The notes under the pieces are model-generated. The model had not been told where the DNA came from, ran no database searches, and was given only the letters and a program-made list of their open reading frames with translations. A stretch of DNA of 64,000 nt, from NCBI GenBank assembly GCA_017452475.1, contig JAFTMJ010000075.1:2962-66961 (forward strand), written 5' to 3'. The DNA comes from Clostridia bacterium (GTDB taxonomy: Bacteria > Bacillota > Clostridia > Oscillospirales > CAG-272). A program made the position numbers and the translations under genes. The stretch's first letter is position 1, and the number at the start of each line of letters is the position of its first letter. Positions 36,065 through 45,255 of this stretch are shown here, in pieces.

Positions 36065-38677
36065 ATGAAGGAATATGCAATTGTAAACAGTGTAGATACC
36101 TTTAAGGAAGCCTTGGAAAGGGTCAAGGCAGCGCAAAGGAAATTTGCCACCTACACACAGGAGCAGGTTGATAAAATCTTCACCGCTGCCGCTATGGCTG
36201 CTAATCGCGCAAGAATTCCCTTGGCAAGGCTTGCGGTTGAGGAAACAGGCATGGGTGTTGTAGAAGACAAGGTTATTAAAAACCACTTGGCATCCGAGTT
36301 TGTATACAATAAACACAGAAACGAAAAAACCTGTGATGTAATTGAGGTTGACGAGGCAGGGGGAATGGAGAAGATTGCATCCCCTGTTGGAGTAGTTGGC
36401 GCAGTTATCCCAACCACAAACCCCACATCAACAGCAATTTATAAAACACTTATTTCTTTGAAAACAAGAAACGGTATTATTATAAGCCCACACCCAAGAG
36501 CAAAAAGGTCTACCATTGAGGCTGCAAAAATCGTCCTTGAGGCGGCGGTGAGTGCAGGCGCGCCTGAGGATATAGTTGCTTGGATAGACGTTCCGTCCTT
36601 GGAGCTTACTAACCTGCTTATGTCCACGGTAGACATAATTCTTGCCACGGGTGGACCGGGTATGGTTAAGGCGGCATATTCAAGCGGAAAGCCTGCCTTA
36701 GGCGTTGGCGCGGGTAACACCCCTGCAATAATTGATGAAAGCGCTGATATTGTCTTGGCGGTTAACTCGATTATCCACTCAAAAACCTTTGATAACGGTA
36801 TGATTTGCGCATCAGAGCAGTCCGTTATCGTGCCGGAGTCAATCTACGACGATGTAAAGGCGGAGTTTACAAAAAGGGGCTGCTATTTCTTAACACCCGA
36901 CGAAACAGAAAAGGTTAGAAAAACCATTATCATAAACGGCGCATTAAATGCAAAAATTGTTGGTCAAAGCGCATTTAGAATAGCAGAGCTTTCAGGTGTT
37001 AGCGTTGACCCCAAAACCAAGGTTTTGATTGGCGAGGTTGAAAGCGTTGACTTAACCGAGGAGTTTGCCCATGAGAAGCTTTCTCCCGTGCTTGCAATGT
37101 ATAGGACCAAGACCTTTGATGAGTCCCTTGAAAAGGCGTATGCTTTAATTGAGGATGGGGGCTTGGGTCACACCTCATCCATCTATCTTAATGAGCAGAC
37201 CGAAACAGAAAAGCTTAACAAGTTCAAGCTTTTGATGAAGACCTGCCGTATCCTTGTTAATACCCCATCATCCCACGGCGGCGTTGGCGATGTTTATAAT
37301 TTCCGCTTAGCCCCGTCCTTGACTCTTGGCTGTGGCACTTGGGGTGGAAACTCAATTTCCGAAAATGTTTGCGCAAAGCACCTTTTAAATATTAAAACCG
37401 TTGCGAAAAGGAGAGAGAATATGCTTTGGTTCAGAGTTCCCGAGAAGGTTTATATCAAAAAGGGATGTCTTACAGTTGCACTTGACGAGCTTGGTACTGT
37501 AATGAACAAAAAGAGAGCATTTGTAGTAACTGACACATTCTTGTTTGAACACGGCTATACAAAGCCGATTACCGATAAGCTCAATGCAATGGGTATTCAG
37601 TATGCAACCTTCTCAAATGTTGAGCCTGACCCAACCCTTGCTTGCGCAAAGGCAGGCGCAGAGCAGATGCGTTCCTTTAAGCCCGATGTTATCATAGCTC
37701 TTGGCGGCGGCTCCGCAATGGATGCGGCTAAGATTATGTGGGTTCTTTATGAGCATCCCGAGGTAGACTTTATGGATATGGCAATGCGCTTTACAGATAT
37801 AAGAAAGCGTATTTATACATTCCCCAAAATGGGAGAAAAGGCATATTTCGTTGCTATCCCAACCTCAGCGGGCACAGGCTCTGAGGTAACACCCTTTGCT
37901 GTTATTACAGATGAAAACAGCGGTGTAAAATATCCTCTTGCAGACTATGAGCTTCTTCCCAATATGGCAATAGTGGATACCGACTTCCATATGAGCGCGC
38001 CTAAGGGCTTGACTGCCGCTTCGGGTATTGACGCGGTTACCCATGCTCTTGAGGCATATGCTTCAATTATGGCAACTGATTATACAGACAGCTTGGCTCT
38101 TCGTTCACTTAAAATGATATTTGAGTACTTGCCAAGAGCATACGAAAACGGTGCAAACGATATTGTAGCCCGCGAAAAAATGGCTAATGCGGCAACTATG
38201 GCGGGTATGGCATTTGCAAACGCCTTCCTCGGCGTTTGCCACTCAATGGCGCACAAGCTTGGCGCATTCCACCACTTGCCTCACGGCGTTGCAAACGCAC
38301 TTATGATTGATGAGGTTATCCGCTTCAACGCAACTGAGACACCAACTAAGATGGGCACCTTCTCACAGTATGACCACCCAATGGCAATAGAGAGATATGC
38401 GGAGGTTGCAGACTACCTTGGGCTCAAGGGCGAAACCGATATGGATAAGGTAGAGGCGCTTATTGGCTACATTGATGAGCTTAAGAGTGCTATCGGTATT
38501 AAGAAGAGCATAAAGGATTACGGAATTGACGAGGATACATTTATGTCTAACCTTGATGAAATGGTAGAGCAGGCGTTTGACGACCAATGCACAGGCGCAA
38601 ACCCACGCTACCCATTAATGAGTGAGATAAAGGAAATGTATATTAACGCATATTACGGCACAAACAAGAGGGTATAA
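36065..38677 (+). CDS. adhE: Bifunctional acetaldehyde-CoA / alcohol dehydrogenase
   Basis: 870 aa with an N-terminal ALDH domain and a C-terminal Fe-ADH domain (GGGSAMDAAK, HSMAHKLG). Confidence 0.95.
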   Translation: MKEYAIVNSVDTFKEALERVKAAQRKFATYTQEQVDKIFTAAAMAANRARIPLARLAVEETGMGVVEDKVIKNHLASEFVYNKHRNEKTCDVIEVDEAGGMEKIASPVGVVGAVIPTTNPTSTAIYKTLISLKTRNGIIISPHPRAKRSTIEAAKIVLEAAVSAGAPEDIVAWIDVPSLELTNLLMSTVDIILATGGPGMVKAAYSSGKPALGVGAGNTPAIIDESADIVLAVNSIIHSKTFDNGMICASEQSVIVPESIYDDVKAEFTKRGCYFLTPDETEKVRKTIIINGALNAKIVGQSAFRIAELSGVSVDPKTKVLIGEVESVDLTEEFAHEKLSPVLAMYRTKTFDESLEKAYALIEDGGLGHTSSIYLNEQTETEKLNKFKLLMKTCRILVNTPSSHGGVGDVYNFRLAPSLTLGCGTWGGNSISENVCAKHLLNIKTVAKRRENMLWFRVPEKVYIKKGCLTVALDELGTVMNKKRAFVVTDTFLFEHGYTKPITDKLNAMGIQYATFSNVEPDPTLACAKAGAEQMRSFKPDVIIALGGGSAMDAAKIMWVLYEHPEVDFMDMAMRFTDIRKRIYTFPKMGEKAYFVAIPTSAGTGSEVTPFAVITDENSGVKYPLADYELLPNMAIVDTDFHMSAPKGLTAASGIDAVTHALEAYASIMATDYTDSLALRSLKMIFEYLPRAYENGANDIVAREKMANAATMAGMAFANAFLGVCHSMAHKLGAFHHLPHGVANALMIDEVIRFNATETPTKMGTFSQYDHPMAIERYAEVADYLGLKGETDMDKVEALIGYIDELKSAIGIKKSIKDYGIDEDTFMSNLDEMVEQAFDDQCTGANPRYPLMSEIKEMYINAYYGTNKRV

Positions 38678-38725
38678 CCTTAAAAATCCTTGTTTATACG
38701 AAATATTAAAACTATGGAGGATTTT

Positions 38726-39478
38726 ATGAAGCTTGGAAATGTAATTTTTGAAGGCAACGGTAAGGCGGTTTACCGTGACGGCGATTTGAAGATAAAGGTT
38801 TACGGAGAGGGCTATTCAAAGGTAAATGTTCTCGTTTCTGCGCTTAATCAAGCAAAGATTGAGGGCGTGGGACTGAATGTGCCAAAGCTCCATTCCGTTA
38901 CCACCACAGATGACGGCAAATGGGTAGTTGTAACCGACTATATTGAGGGCACACCCTTAGATGTGCTTATGCGTGAGCATCCCGAGCGCGAGGATGAATA
39001 TTTACAAAGGTTCGTTGACCTACAGGCGTTAGTGCACACAAAGCGCTCCCAAGGCCTTTTGAAAATCAAGGAAAAGATGAGCGCAAAGATAGAACAAACC
39101 GAGTTTGACGAGGCTATAAGATTTGAGCTGCAGGCAAGGCTGGCAGGAATGCCAAATCACGATAAGCTCTGCCACGGTGATTTTGTTCCGTCAAATATTA
39201 TCGTTACCGAAAGCGATGAGTGGTATATTATTGACTGGTCGCACGCAACTCAGGGCAATGCCTCTGCCGATGTTGCAAGAACCTATCTTTTGTTCAACCT
39301 CGCAGATAAGCGCGACTTAGCGGAGAAGTATCTTAAGCTATTTATGGCGAAAACAGGAATTTCAAGAGCATATTATATGCGTTGGATACCAATAGTTGCC
39401 GCTTCCCAAACTGTGAAAAGAAACGAGCACGAAAAAGAGCTTTTGAGCAGCTGGGTAAATGTAGTTGACTTTGAATAA
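38726..39478 (+). CDS. Aminoglycoside/choline kinase-like phosphotransferase (APH family)
   Basis: ATG 5 nt after GGAGG. Catalytic loop LCHGDFVPSNIIV and IIDWSHA. Confidence 0.7.
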   Translation: MKLGNVIFEGNGKAVYRDGDLKIKVYGEGYSKVNVLVSALNQAKIEGVGLNVPKLHSVTTTDDGKWVVVTDYIEGTPLDVLMREHPEREDEYLQRFVDLQALVHTKRSQGLLKIKEKMSAKIEQTEFDEAIRFELQARLAGMPNHDKLCHGDFVPSNIIVTESDEWYIIDWSHATQGNASADVARTYLLFNLADKRDLAEKYLKLFMAKTGISRAYYMRWIPIVAASQTVKRNEHEKELLSSWVNVVDFE

Positions 39479-39545
39479 AATATATTGTATAATATTCTCG
39501 TGGCTTAAACCGCCACGGGAATATTTATTTCAAGGATAAAAGCTT

Positions 39546-40412
39546 ATGAAAATAATTGATATCGTAAAGGGCGAAAAGCCGTCATTGTCCTTTGAGGTTT
39601 TCCCGCCGAAAACCTCGGATAAGTTTGAAATTGTGCAGGCGGCAACTGAAAAAATCGCATCCTTAAAGCCATCGTTTATGAGCGTTACATATGGCGCAGG
39701 CGGCGGTACAAGCGAATATACATTGTCAATAGCTAAGGACATACAGGATAACTACGGTGTTCCCGCATTAGCTCACTTGACCTGCGTTAACTCCACTAAG
39801 GAGGAGGTTAAGGCGCGTCTTGAAATGCTAAAGAAAAGCGGAATAGAGAATATTCTCGCCCTAAGAGGGGATATCACTCCCGAAAACCGTGACAGAGAAA
39901 AGTGGGATTACCACTATGCAAACCAGCTTGTTGAGGAAATTAAAGCAAGCTATGAATTTTGCGTTGGCGGTGCCTGCTACCCCGAATGCCATCCTGAGTC
40001 TATCCATCAAAAGGAGGACATTGCTAACCTTAAAAGGAAGATTGACGCAGGCTGTGAGTTCTTAACTACGCAAATGTTTTTTGATAACAATGTTTTGTAT
40101 AACTTTATGTACAAAATAAGAGAAGCGGGAATAACCGTTCCTATTGTTGCGGGTATTATGCCTGTTACAAATGCAAAGCAAATTAAGCGTAGCTGTGAGC
40201 TTTCCAACTGCAGTCTGCCGCAGCGCTTTAAAACAATACTTGACAGGTATGGGGACAACCCCGAGGCGATGAAGCAGGCGGGAATTGCCTACGCAACCGA
40301 CCAAATTATAGACCTGTTTGCAAACGGTATAAATGCGGTTCACGTTTACTCAATGAACAAGCCCGATGTTGCCGAAAAAATACAGGCGAATATATCGGAG
40401 ATTATAAAATGA
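39546..40412 (+). CDS. metF: Methylenetetrahydrofolate reductase
   Basis: SFEVFPPKT...SVTYGAGGGT...ILALRGD motifs. Confidence 0.9.
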   Translation: MKIIDIVKGEKPSLSFEVFPPKTSDKFEIVQAATEKIASLKPSFMSVTYGAGGGTSEYTLSIAKDIQDNYGVPALAHLTCVNSTKEEVKARLEMLKKSGIENILALRGDITPENRDREKWDYHYANQLVEEIKASYEFCVGGACYPECHPESIHQKEDIANLKRKIDAGCEFLTTQMFFDNNVLYNFMYKIREAGITVPIVAGIMPVTNAKQIKRSCELSNCSLPQRFKTILDRYGDNPEAMKQAGIAYATDQIIDLFANGINAVHVYSMNKPDVAEKIQANISEIIK

Positions 40413-41002
40413 TAGATATAGGCACAATGGCGCTGTCTGATATTACTCGGCTTAAGGTGAACCGAGGTGAGGCTATGCGTTATTTAGGTGTAAAAGAGGA
40501 TGATTGTAGCCTTACAGAGCTTTTAGACCAAGGGGAAACGGATGCTTTATCTGTATCAAGCCCTCGCGCTGTATATGTCAAAGTGCCAATTGCGGTTGAA
40601 GGCAAAACGGTTGACTTTGGCTTTATGAAGGTTGAAAGTGAAAGGCTTGTCAAAAACTTAGAGGGATGTAATGAGGCATATGTTTTTTGCGCAACCCTCG
40701 GCATAAGTGCTGATAGGCATTATGAAAAGCTAGCGCGAATATCCCAGGCAAGGGCGGCTGTGTTCAGTGCATCCTGCTCCTCCTTGATAGAAAGCTTTTG
40801 CGACTATGTTAACGGTGAGCTTGCAAGGGACAAGCGCTGTAAGCCCAGGTTCTCCTGCGGCTACGGTGATTTTTGCATTAAGCATCAAGCGGATATCTTA
40901 AATGTGCTTGAGGCAAGTAAAAGGTTGGGCGTGTGCTTAACCGACTCGTATATGATGGTACCTGTAAAAACAGTTACCGCAGTAATTGGAATTAGGAGAT
41001 AA
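40409..41002 (+). CDS. Stand-alone methionine synthase activation (AdoMet-binding) domain protein
   Basis: RFSCGYGDF motif and overall similarity to the MetH C-terminal reactivation domain. It overlaps metF by 4 nt. Confidence 0.75.
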   Translation: MIDIGTMALSDITRLKVNRGEAMRYLGVKEDDCSLTELLDQGETDALSVSSPRAVYVKVPIAVEGKTVDFGFMKVESERLVKNLEGCNEAYVFCATLGISADRHYEKLARISQARAAVFSASCSSLIESFCDYVNGELARDKRCKPRFSCGYGDFCIKHQADILNVLEASKRLGVCLTDSYMMVPVKTVTAVIGIRR

Positions 41003-41004
41003 AA

Positions 41005-43356
41005 ATGGATATTTTATCTTATGTTAAAAAAGGCTTCGTGTTTTTTGACGGCGGAATGGGCACACAGCTTCAGGCAAGGGGAATGAAGGCGGGTGAGTGC
41101 CCCGAAATGTGGAATATTACAAATCCGCAAGCCATTACAGAAATCCACAGAGCGTATTTTAAGGCTGGTGCAAGCATTGCCACCACCAACACCTTTGGCG
41201 CAAATCCGTTGAAAATTGACAATACAGAAGCGGTTGTGGCAAGTGCGGTGGAAAATGCCAAAAGGGCAAAGTTTGCAGAAAATCAATTTGTCGCTCTTGA
41301 TATAGGACCCACGGGCAAGCTTCTAAAGCCCTTGGGGGATCTTGATTTTGAGGATGCCTACAATGCCTTTTCCGTAACTGTTAAGGCAGGGGCTAACGCA
41401 GGCTGTGACCTGATAATCATCGAAACAATGAATGACCCTTATGAGATGAAGGCGGCGGTTTTGGCGGCAAAGGAAAACTCGTCTCTTCCTATTTTTGCCA
41501 CCTTTGTCCTTGATGAAAAAGGAAAAACCGTAACAGGCTGTGATATCCCTGCTATGGTTGCTATGCTGGAGGGACTTGGGGTGGATGCCCTGGGCGTTAA
41601 CTGCTCACTTGGGGCAGAGGAGCTTGAAAAATTCGTTCCCGAGCTCGTTAAATGCTCATCCATACCGGTAATAGTAAATCCGAATGCGGGAATGCCCTGC
41701 GTTCATAACGGTAAAACCTGCTATGATTCTACACCCGAAAAATTTGCATCAGCTTGTGTTGAAATAGCAAAAATGGGGGCTCGTCTTTTGGGCGGCTGCT
41801 GCGGTACAACGCCTGAGCATATAGAAAAGCTGACAAGGGCTCTTAGTGGCTGTAAGCCACTTCCTGTTACACAAAAGAACGATACCGTTGTTTCTTCATA
41901 CTCCCACGCGTGTAGCTTTGGTGACAAGGTTGTGTTAATAGGAGAAAGGATAAACCCAACGGGAAAATCAAAGCTCAAGGCTGCATTAAGAGAGAATAAT
42001 CTTGACTACCTTGTTTCCGAAGCAATAGGGCAGGAGGAAAAGGGGGCGGATATGCTTGATGTTAATGTGGGCTTGCCCGAAATTAACGAGGGCGAAATGC
42101 TTGTTTCAGTAATTAAGGAAATACAGGCTGTCTCTGCCTTGCCGTTGCAAATTGATACATCTGATCCTATCGCGCTTGAGGGTGCAATGAGGATATATAA
42201 CGGAAAGCCTCTTGTTAATTCCGTAAACGGAAAGCAAAAGAGTATGGATAGCGTGCTTCCTCTCGTGAAAAAATACGGTGGCGTGGTTATCGCCCTCACC
42301 CTTGACGAAAGCGGTATTCCGTCAAGTGCAGAGGGTAGAGTAGAAATAGCGAAAAGAATAATCGAAAGAGCCAAGGAATATGGCATAGACAAAAAAGACA
42401 TAATAGTCGATCCACTCTGCCTAACTGTCAGCTCGGATAAAAATGCGCCGTTGGTTACACTTAAATCGATTGAGCTTCTAAAGTCTATGGGGGTTAAGAC
42501 CTCCCTTGGCATTTCCAATGTATCGTTTGGCTTGCCAAGCAGGGACTATGTAAACTCTGTTTTCTTTGCCCATGCCCTGTCAAAGGGACTTGATGCGGTT
42601 ATTATGAACCCGTATTCTTTTGAGATGATGAAGGTGTACTATGCTCACAACGCGTTGATGGGTATTGATGATATGTGCGGTGACTACATCAATTTTGCAA
42701 GTAACAGTCAGTCTGTTACCATAGCAGCAGAGGTAGGAGAAATTACCCTTGAAAGAGCCATTTTAAAGGGCTTAAAAAAGGATGCTAAGGAAATAACCGC
42801 TAATTTGCTTAAGGAAAATGCTCCACTTGATATTGTAAATAATCACATTATTCCTGCACTTGATACGGTGGGGGATAATTATGAGAAGGGAAAAACCTTC
42901 TTGCCGCAGCTCCTAATGAGTGCAGAAACCGCAACCGTTGCCTTTGAGGTGGTTAAGGAGAAAATCAAGGGAGAGGGCGAAACAAATAAGGGGGAAATCA
43001 TTCTTGCAACCGTTAAGGGTGATATACACGATATAGGTAAGAATATTGTTAAGGTTATTTTGCAAAACTACGGCTTCCGTGTTCACGACCTTGGCAAGGA
43101 TGTCCCACCGAAAAACGTGCTTGATTATGCAAGGGAGCATAGCATTAAGCTCATTGGCTTGTCTGCTCTTATGACAACTACCGTTCCTTCAATGGAAGAA
43201 ACAATTAAGCTTGTAAAGGCGGAGCTGCCCGACACCAAATTTATGGTTGGCGGAGCTGTGCTTAATAAAGAGTATGCAGAGATGATAGGTGCAGACAACT
43301 ATTCCAAGGATGCTATGGAATCTGTCCGCTACGCGCAACAATTTTTTAAAACCTAA
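41005..43356 (+). CDS. metH: Cobalamin-dependent methionine synthase core (Hcy, pterin and B12 domains)
   Basis: 783 aa. Hcy domain (GGCCGTTPEHI), pterin-binding domain, and B12 motif GDIHDIGKNIV. Confidence 0.9.
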   Translation: MDILSYVKKGFVFFDGGMGTQLQARGMKAGECPEMWNITNPQAITEIHRAYFKAGASIATTNTFGANPLKIDNTEAVVASAVENAKRAKFAENQFVALDIGPTGKLLKPLGDLDFEDAYNAFSVTVKAGANAGCDLIIIETMNDPYEMKAAVLAAKENSSLPIFATFVLDEKGKTVTGCDIPAMVAMLEGLGVDALGVNCSLGAEELEKFVPELVKCSSIPVIVNPNAGMPCVHNGKTCYDSTPEKFASACVEIAKMGARLLGGCCGTTPEHIEKLTRALSGCKPLPVTQKNDTVVSSYSHACSFGDKVVLIGERINPTGKSKLKAALRENNLDYLVSEAIGQEEKGADMLDVNVGLPEINEGEMLVSVIKEIQAVSALPLQIDTSDPIALEGAMRIYNGKPLVNSVNGKQKSMDSVLPLVKKYGGVVIALTLDESGIPSSAEGRVEIAKRIIERAKEYGIDKKDIIVDPLCLTVSSDKNAPLVTLKSIELLKSMGVKTSLGISNVSFGLPSRDYVNSVFFAHALSKGLDAVIMNPYSFEMMKVYYAHNALMGIDDMCGDYINFASNSQSVTIAAEVGEITLERAILKGLKKDAKEITANLLKENAPLDIVNNHIIPALDTVGDNYEKGKTFLPQLLMSAETATVAFEVVKEKIKGEGETNKGEIILATVKGDIHDIGKNIVKVILQNYGFRVHDLGKDVPPKNVLDYAREHSIKLIGLSALMTTTVPSMEETIKLVKAELPDTKFMVGGAVLNKEYAEMIGADNYSKDAMESVRYAQQFFKT

Positions 43357-43392
43357 ATTAAAGCCACGCTGAGAAAAACAGCGTGGCTTTTG

Positions 43393-44373
43393 CTATATTG
43401 TAACCTGGTTTTCGCACTTTCCGTGTAAAAAGAAATCATTTATATTTTTTACCGTTGTTTCCGCAATGTTTTCGAGGGCTTCGTTCGTTAAAAATGCTTG
43501 GTGAGAGGTTACAAGCACATTTGGCATAGACAAGAGAATGGCAAGGGTGTCATCATCTATAATGTCGCTTGAATAATCCTCATAAAACACATCTGCCCCC
43601 TCCTCGTAAACATCAAGGCACGCGCCACCTATTTTCTTAGATTTAATGCCTTCAATTAAGTCCTCTGTGTCAATCAGCGCGCCTCTTGAGGTGTTGACAA
43701 TAACAACCCCCTTTTTCATCATTCTTATGGTATTTTCGTTAATCATATGATATGTGTCCTCGGTAAGAGGGCAGTGCATAGAAATTATGTCAGCGCTTTT
43801 GAACAGGTTTTCAAGGGTTGTGTACTCTGTGTCATCATCATTTTTTCTGTATTTATCGTAGGCAAGCACACGCATACCGAAGCCACGGCAAATATCAATG
43901 AAAATCCTGCCAATTTTACCCGTACCAACAACACCTACGGTTTTACCGTGTAAATCAAAGCCGCAAAGCCCGTTTAGGCTGAAGTTATAGCCCTTTGTTC
44001 TAATGTAAGCCTTATGAGTATTTCTAACATGAGTTAATAGCATAGCGATGGCATGCTCCGCAACGGCATAGGGAGAGTATGCAGGTACGCGCACAACAGT
44101 TATTTTGCCCTCGGCATGCTTGATATCAACATTGTTAAATCCTGCGCATCGTAGAGCAATGAGCTTAACTCCATAGCTGTATAGATCATCAATTACTTTG
44201 CTGTTCACATCGTCATTTACAAAAACGCAAGCAACATCGTATCCCTTGCAAAGGGAAGCGGTGTCCTCATTAAGCCTGGTTTCAAAAAACTTGAAGTCAA
44301 TGCTATGAGTTTTGTACTTTTCAAAGGAGCTTATGTCATATTTTTTAGTATCAAAAAAAGCTATTTTCATCAT
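43393..44373 (-). CDS. ldhA: D-lactate / D-2-hydroxyacid dehydrogenase
   Basis: MKIAFFDTKKYD..., NAD motif VGVVGTGKIGR, and catalytic R/E/H context (NTSRG...TSHQAF). Confidence 0.8.
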   Translation of the reverse strand: MMKIAFFDTKKYDISSFEKYKTHSIDFKFFETRLNEDTASLCKGYDVACVFVNDDVNSKVIDDLYSYGVKLIALRCAGFNNVDIKHAEGKITVVRVPAYSPYAVAEHAIAMLLTHVRNTHKAYIRTKGYNFSLNGLCGFDLHGKTVGVVGTGKIGRIFIDICRGFGMRVLAYDKYRKNDDDTEYTTLENLFKSADIISMHCPLTEDTYHMINENTIRMMKKGVVIVNTSRGALIDTEDLIEGIKSKKIGGACLDVYEEGADVFYEDYSSDIIDDDTLAILLSMPNVLVTSHQAFLTNEALENIAETTVKNINDFFLHGKCENQVTI

Positions 44374-44545
44374 AAATTACCTCAGCCGATTTTTACTTAT
44401 TATATCAAAAATAACGGGACAAATGTGTTGTTAACAAAAAATTTACAATGGAAAAACCAACAAAATGAGTTGTTGATTTGTCAAAAATTACAAAAAAGAT
44501 CGGGAAAAACCGCCAATTTTCGATACAATAAAACCTATTTACTTA

Positions 44546-44574
44546 TTGACATTCACGCACGCACGTGTTAAAAT
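44546..44574 (+). promoter_or_regulatory. Sigma-A promoter of the pur operon
   Basis: TTGACA, 17-nt spacer, TAAAAT. Confidence 0.7.
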
Positions 44575-44582
44575 ATTAAGCG

Positions 44583-44695
44583 GTGAGGTTTTTGCAACTG
44601 ACGGGTGGCGGGTTTAACCGCATGGAAGCAAAAACATGTTTTGTCGACCGTCTGGGCAGTCCTACCGTATGGGGTAGTACTGTCTTTTTTGTTTT
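44583..44695 (+). promoter_or_regulatory. ZTP (pfl-motif) riboswitch with a terminator expression platform
   Basis: P1 is GTTTTTGC/GCAAAAAC. Conserved ACTGACGG, P2 GCGG-GTTTAA-CCGC, and a 3' subdomain CGACCGTCTGGGCAG whose CCGTC can pair with GACGG. An overlapping terminator hairpin follows, then TTTTTTGTTTT. It sits upstream of the purine genes. Confidence 0.8.
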
Positions 44696-44728
44696 AACCG
44701 CCAAAAGTCAGCTTTTAAGGAGAAAAAG

Positions 44729-45223
44729 ATGAAAAAAGTAGCAATTATTATGGGTAGTGACAGCGACCTTCCAATTGTGGAGAAGGGCATCAATGTTTTA
44801 AGGGATTACGGTGTACCCTTTGAGGTGCATGTTTACTCCGCACATAGAACACCTGCTCAAGCGGCAGAGTTTGTTAAGGGTGCGCGTGACAATGGCTTTG
44901 GTGTAATTATTGCGGCGGCTGGTATGGCGGCGCATTTAGCGGGTGCAGTTGCGGCAAATACTGTTTTGCCTGTTATCGGCATTCCGGTTTCCTGTAAGAA
45001 CACAGGCGGTGTAGATGCACTTTGGTCGACTGTACAGATGCCAAGCGGTATTCCTGTTGCAACCGTTGCTATTGACGGTGCGGCTAACGCGGCGCTTTTG
45101 GCTGTGGAAATGCTTGCCTTGTCCGATGATGAGCTTTATGGTAAGCTTGTTGCGGCAAGAAAGGCAGGAGAAGAAACAGTTCTCTTAAAGAACAAAGCGA
45201 TTGAGGAAAAATTTAATAAATAA
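44729..45223 (+). CDS. purE: N5-carboxyaminoimidazole ribonucleotide mutase
   Basis: VAIIMGSDSDLP...YSAHRTP...AAGMAAHLAG. Confidence 0.95.
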   Translation: MKKVAIIMGSDSDLPIVEKGINVLRDYGVPFEVHVYSAHRTPAQAAEFVKGARDNGFGVIIAAAGMAAHLAGAVAANTVLPVIGIPVSCKNTGGVDALWSTVQMPSGIPVATVAIDGAANAALLAVEMLALSDDELYGKLVAARKAGEETVLLKNKAIEEKFNK

Positions 45224-45255
45224 TTTTTTATTTGGATTTTCAAGGAGTTAAGTAA

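Noticed and set aside
39500-39535. A hairpin upstream of metF considered as a possible SAM riboswitch or attenuator
   Set aside because: At about 25 nt it is far too short for an S-box or T-box, and its U-tract is poor. It is more likely a weak terminator or stabiliser for the upstream kinase-like gene.
44428-44448. A Rex-like operator (TTGTTAACAAAAAATTTACAA) upstream of ldhA, and a TTCACAA half-site upstream of adhE (about 35977)
   Set aside because: As I recall, the half-site spacing (7 nt) does not fit the Rex consensus TTGTGAA-N4-TTCACAA. Only single half-sites match, which is too weak to call without a profile scan.
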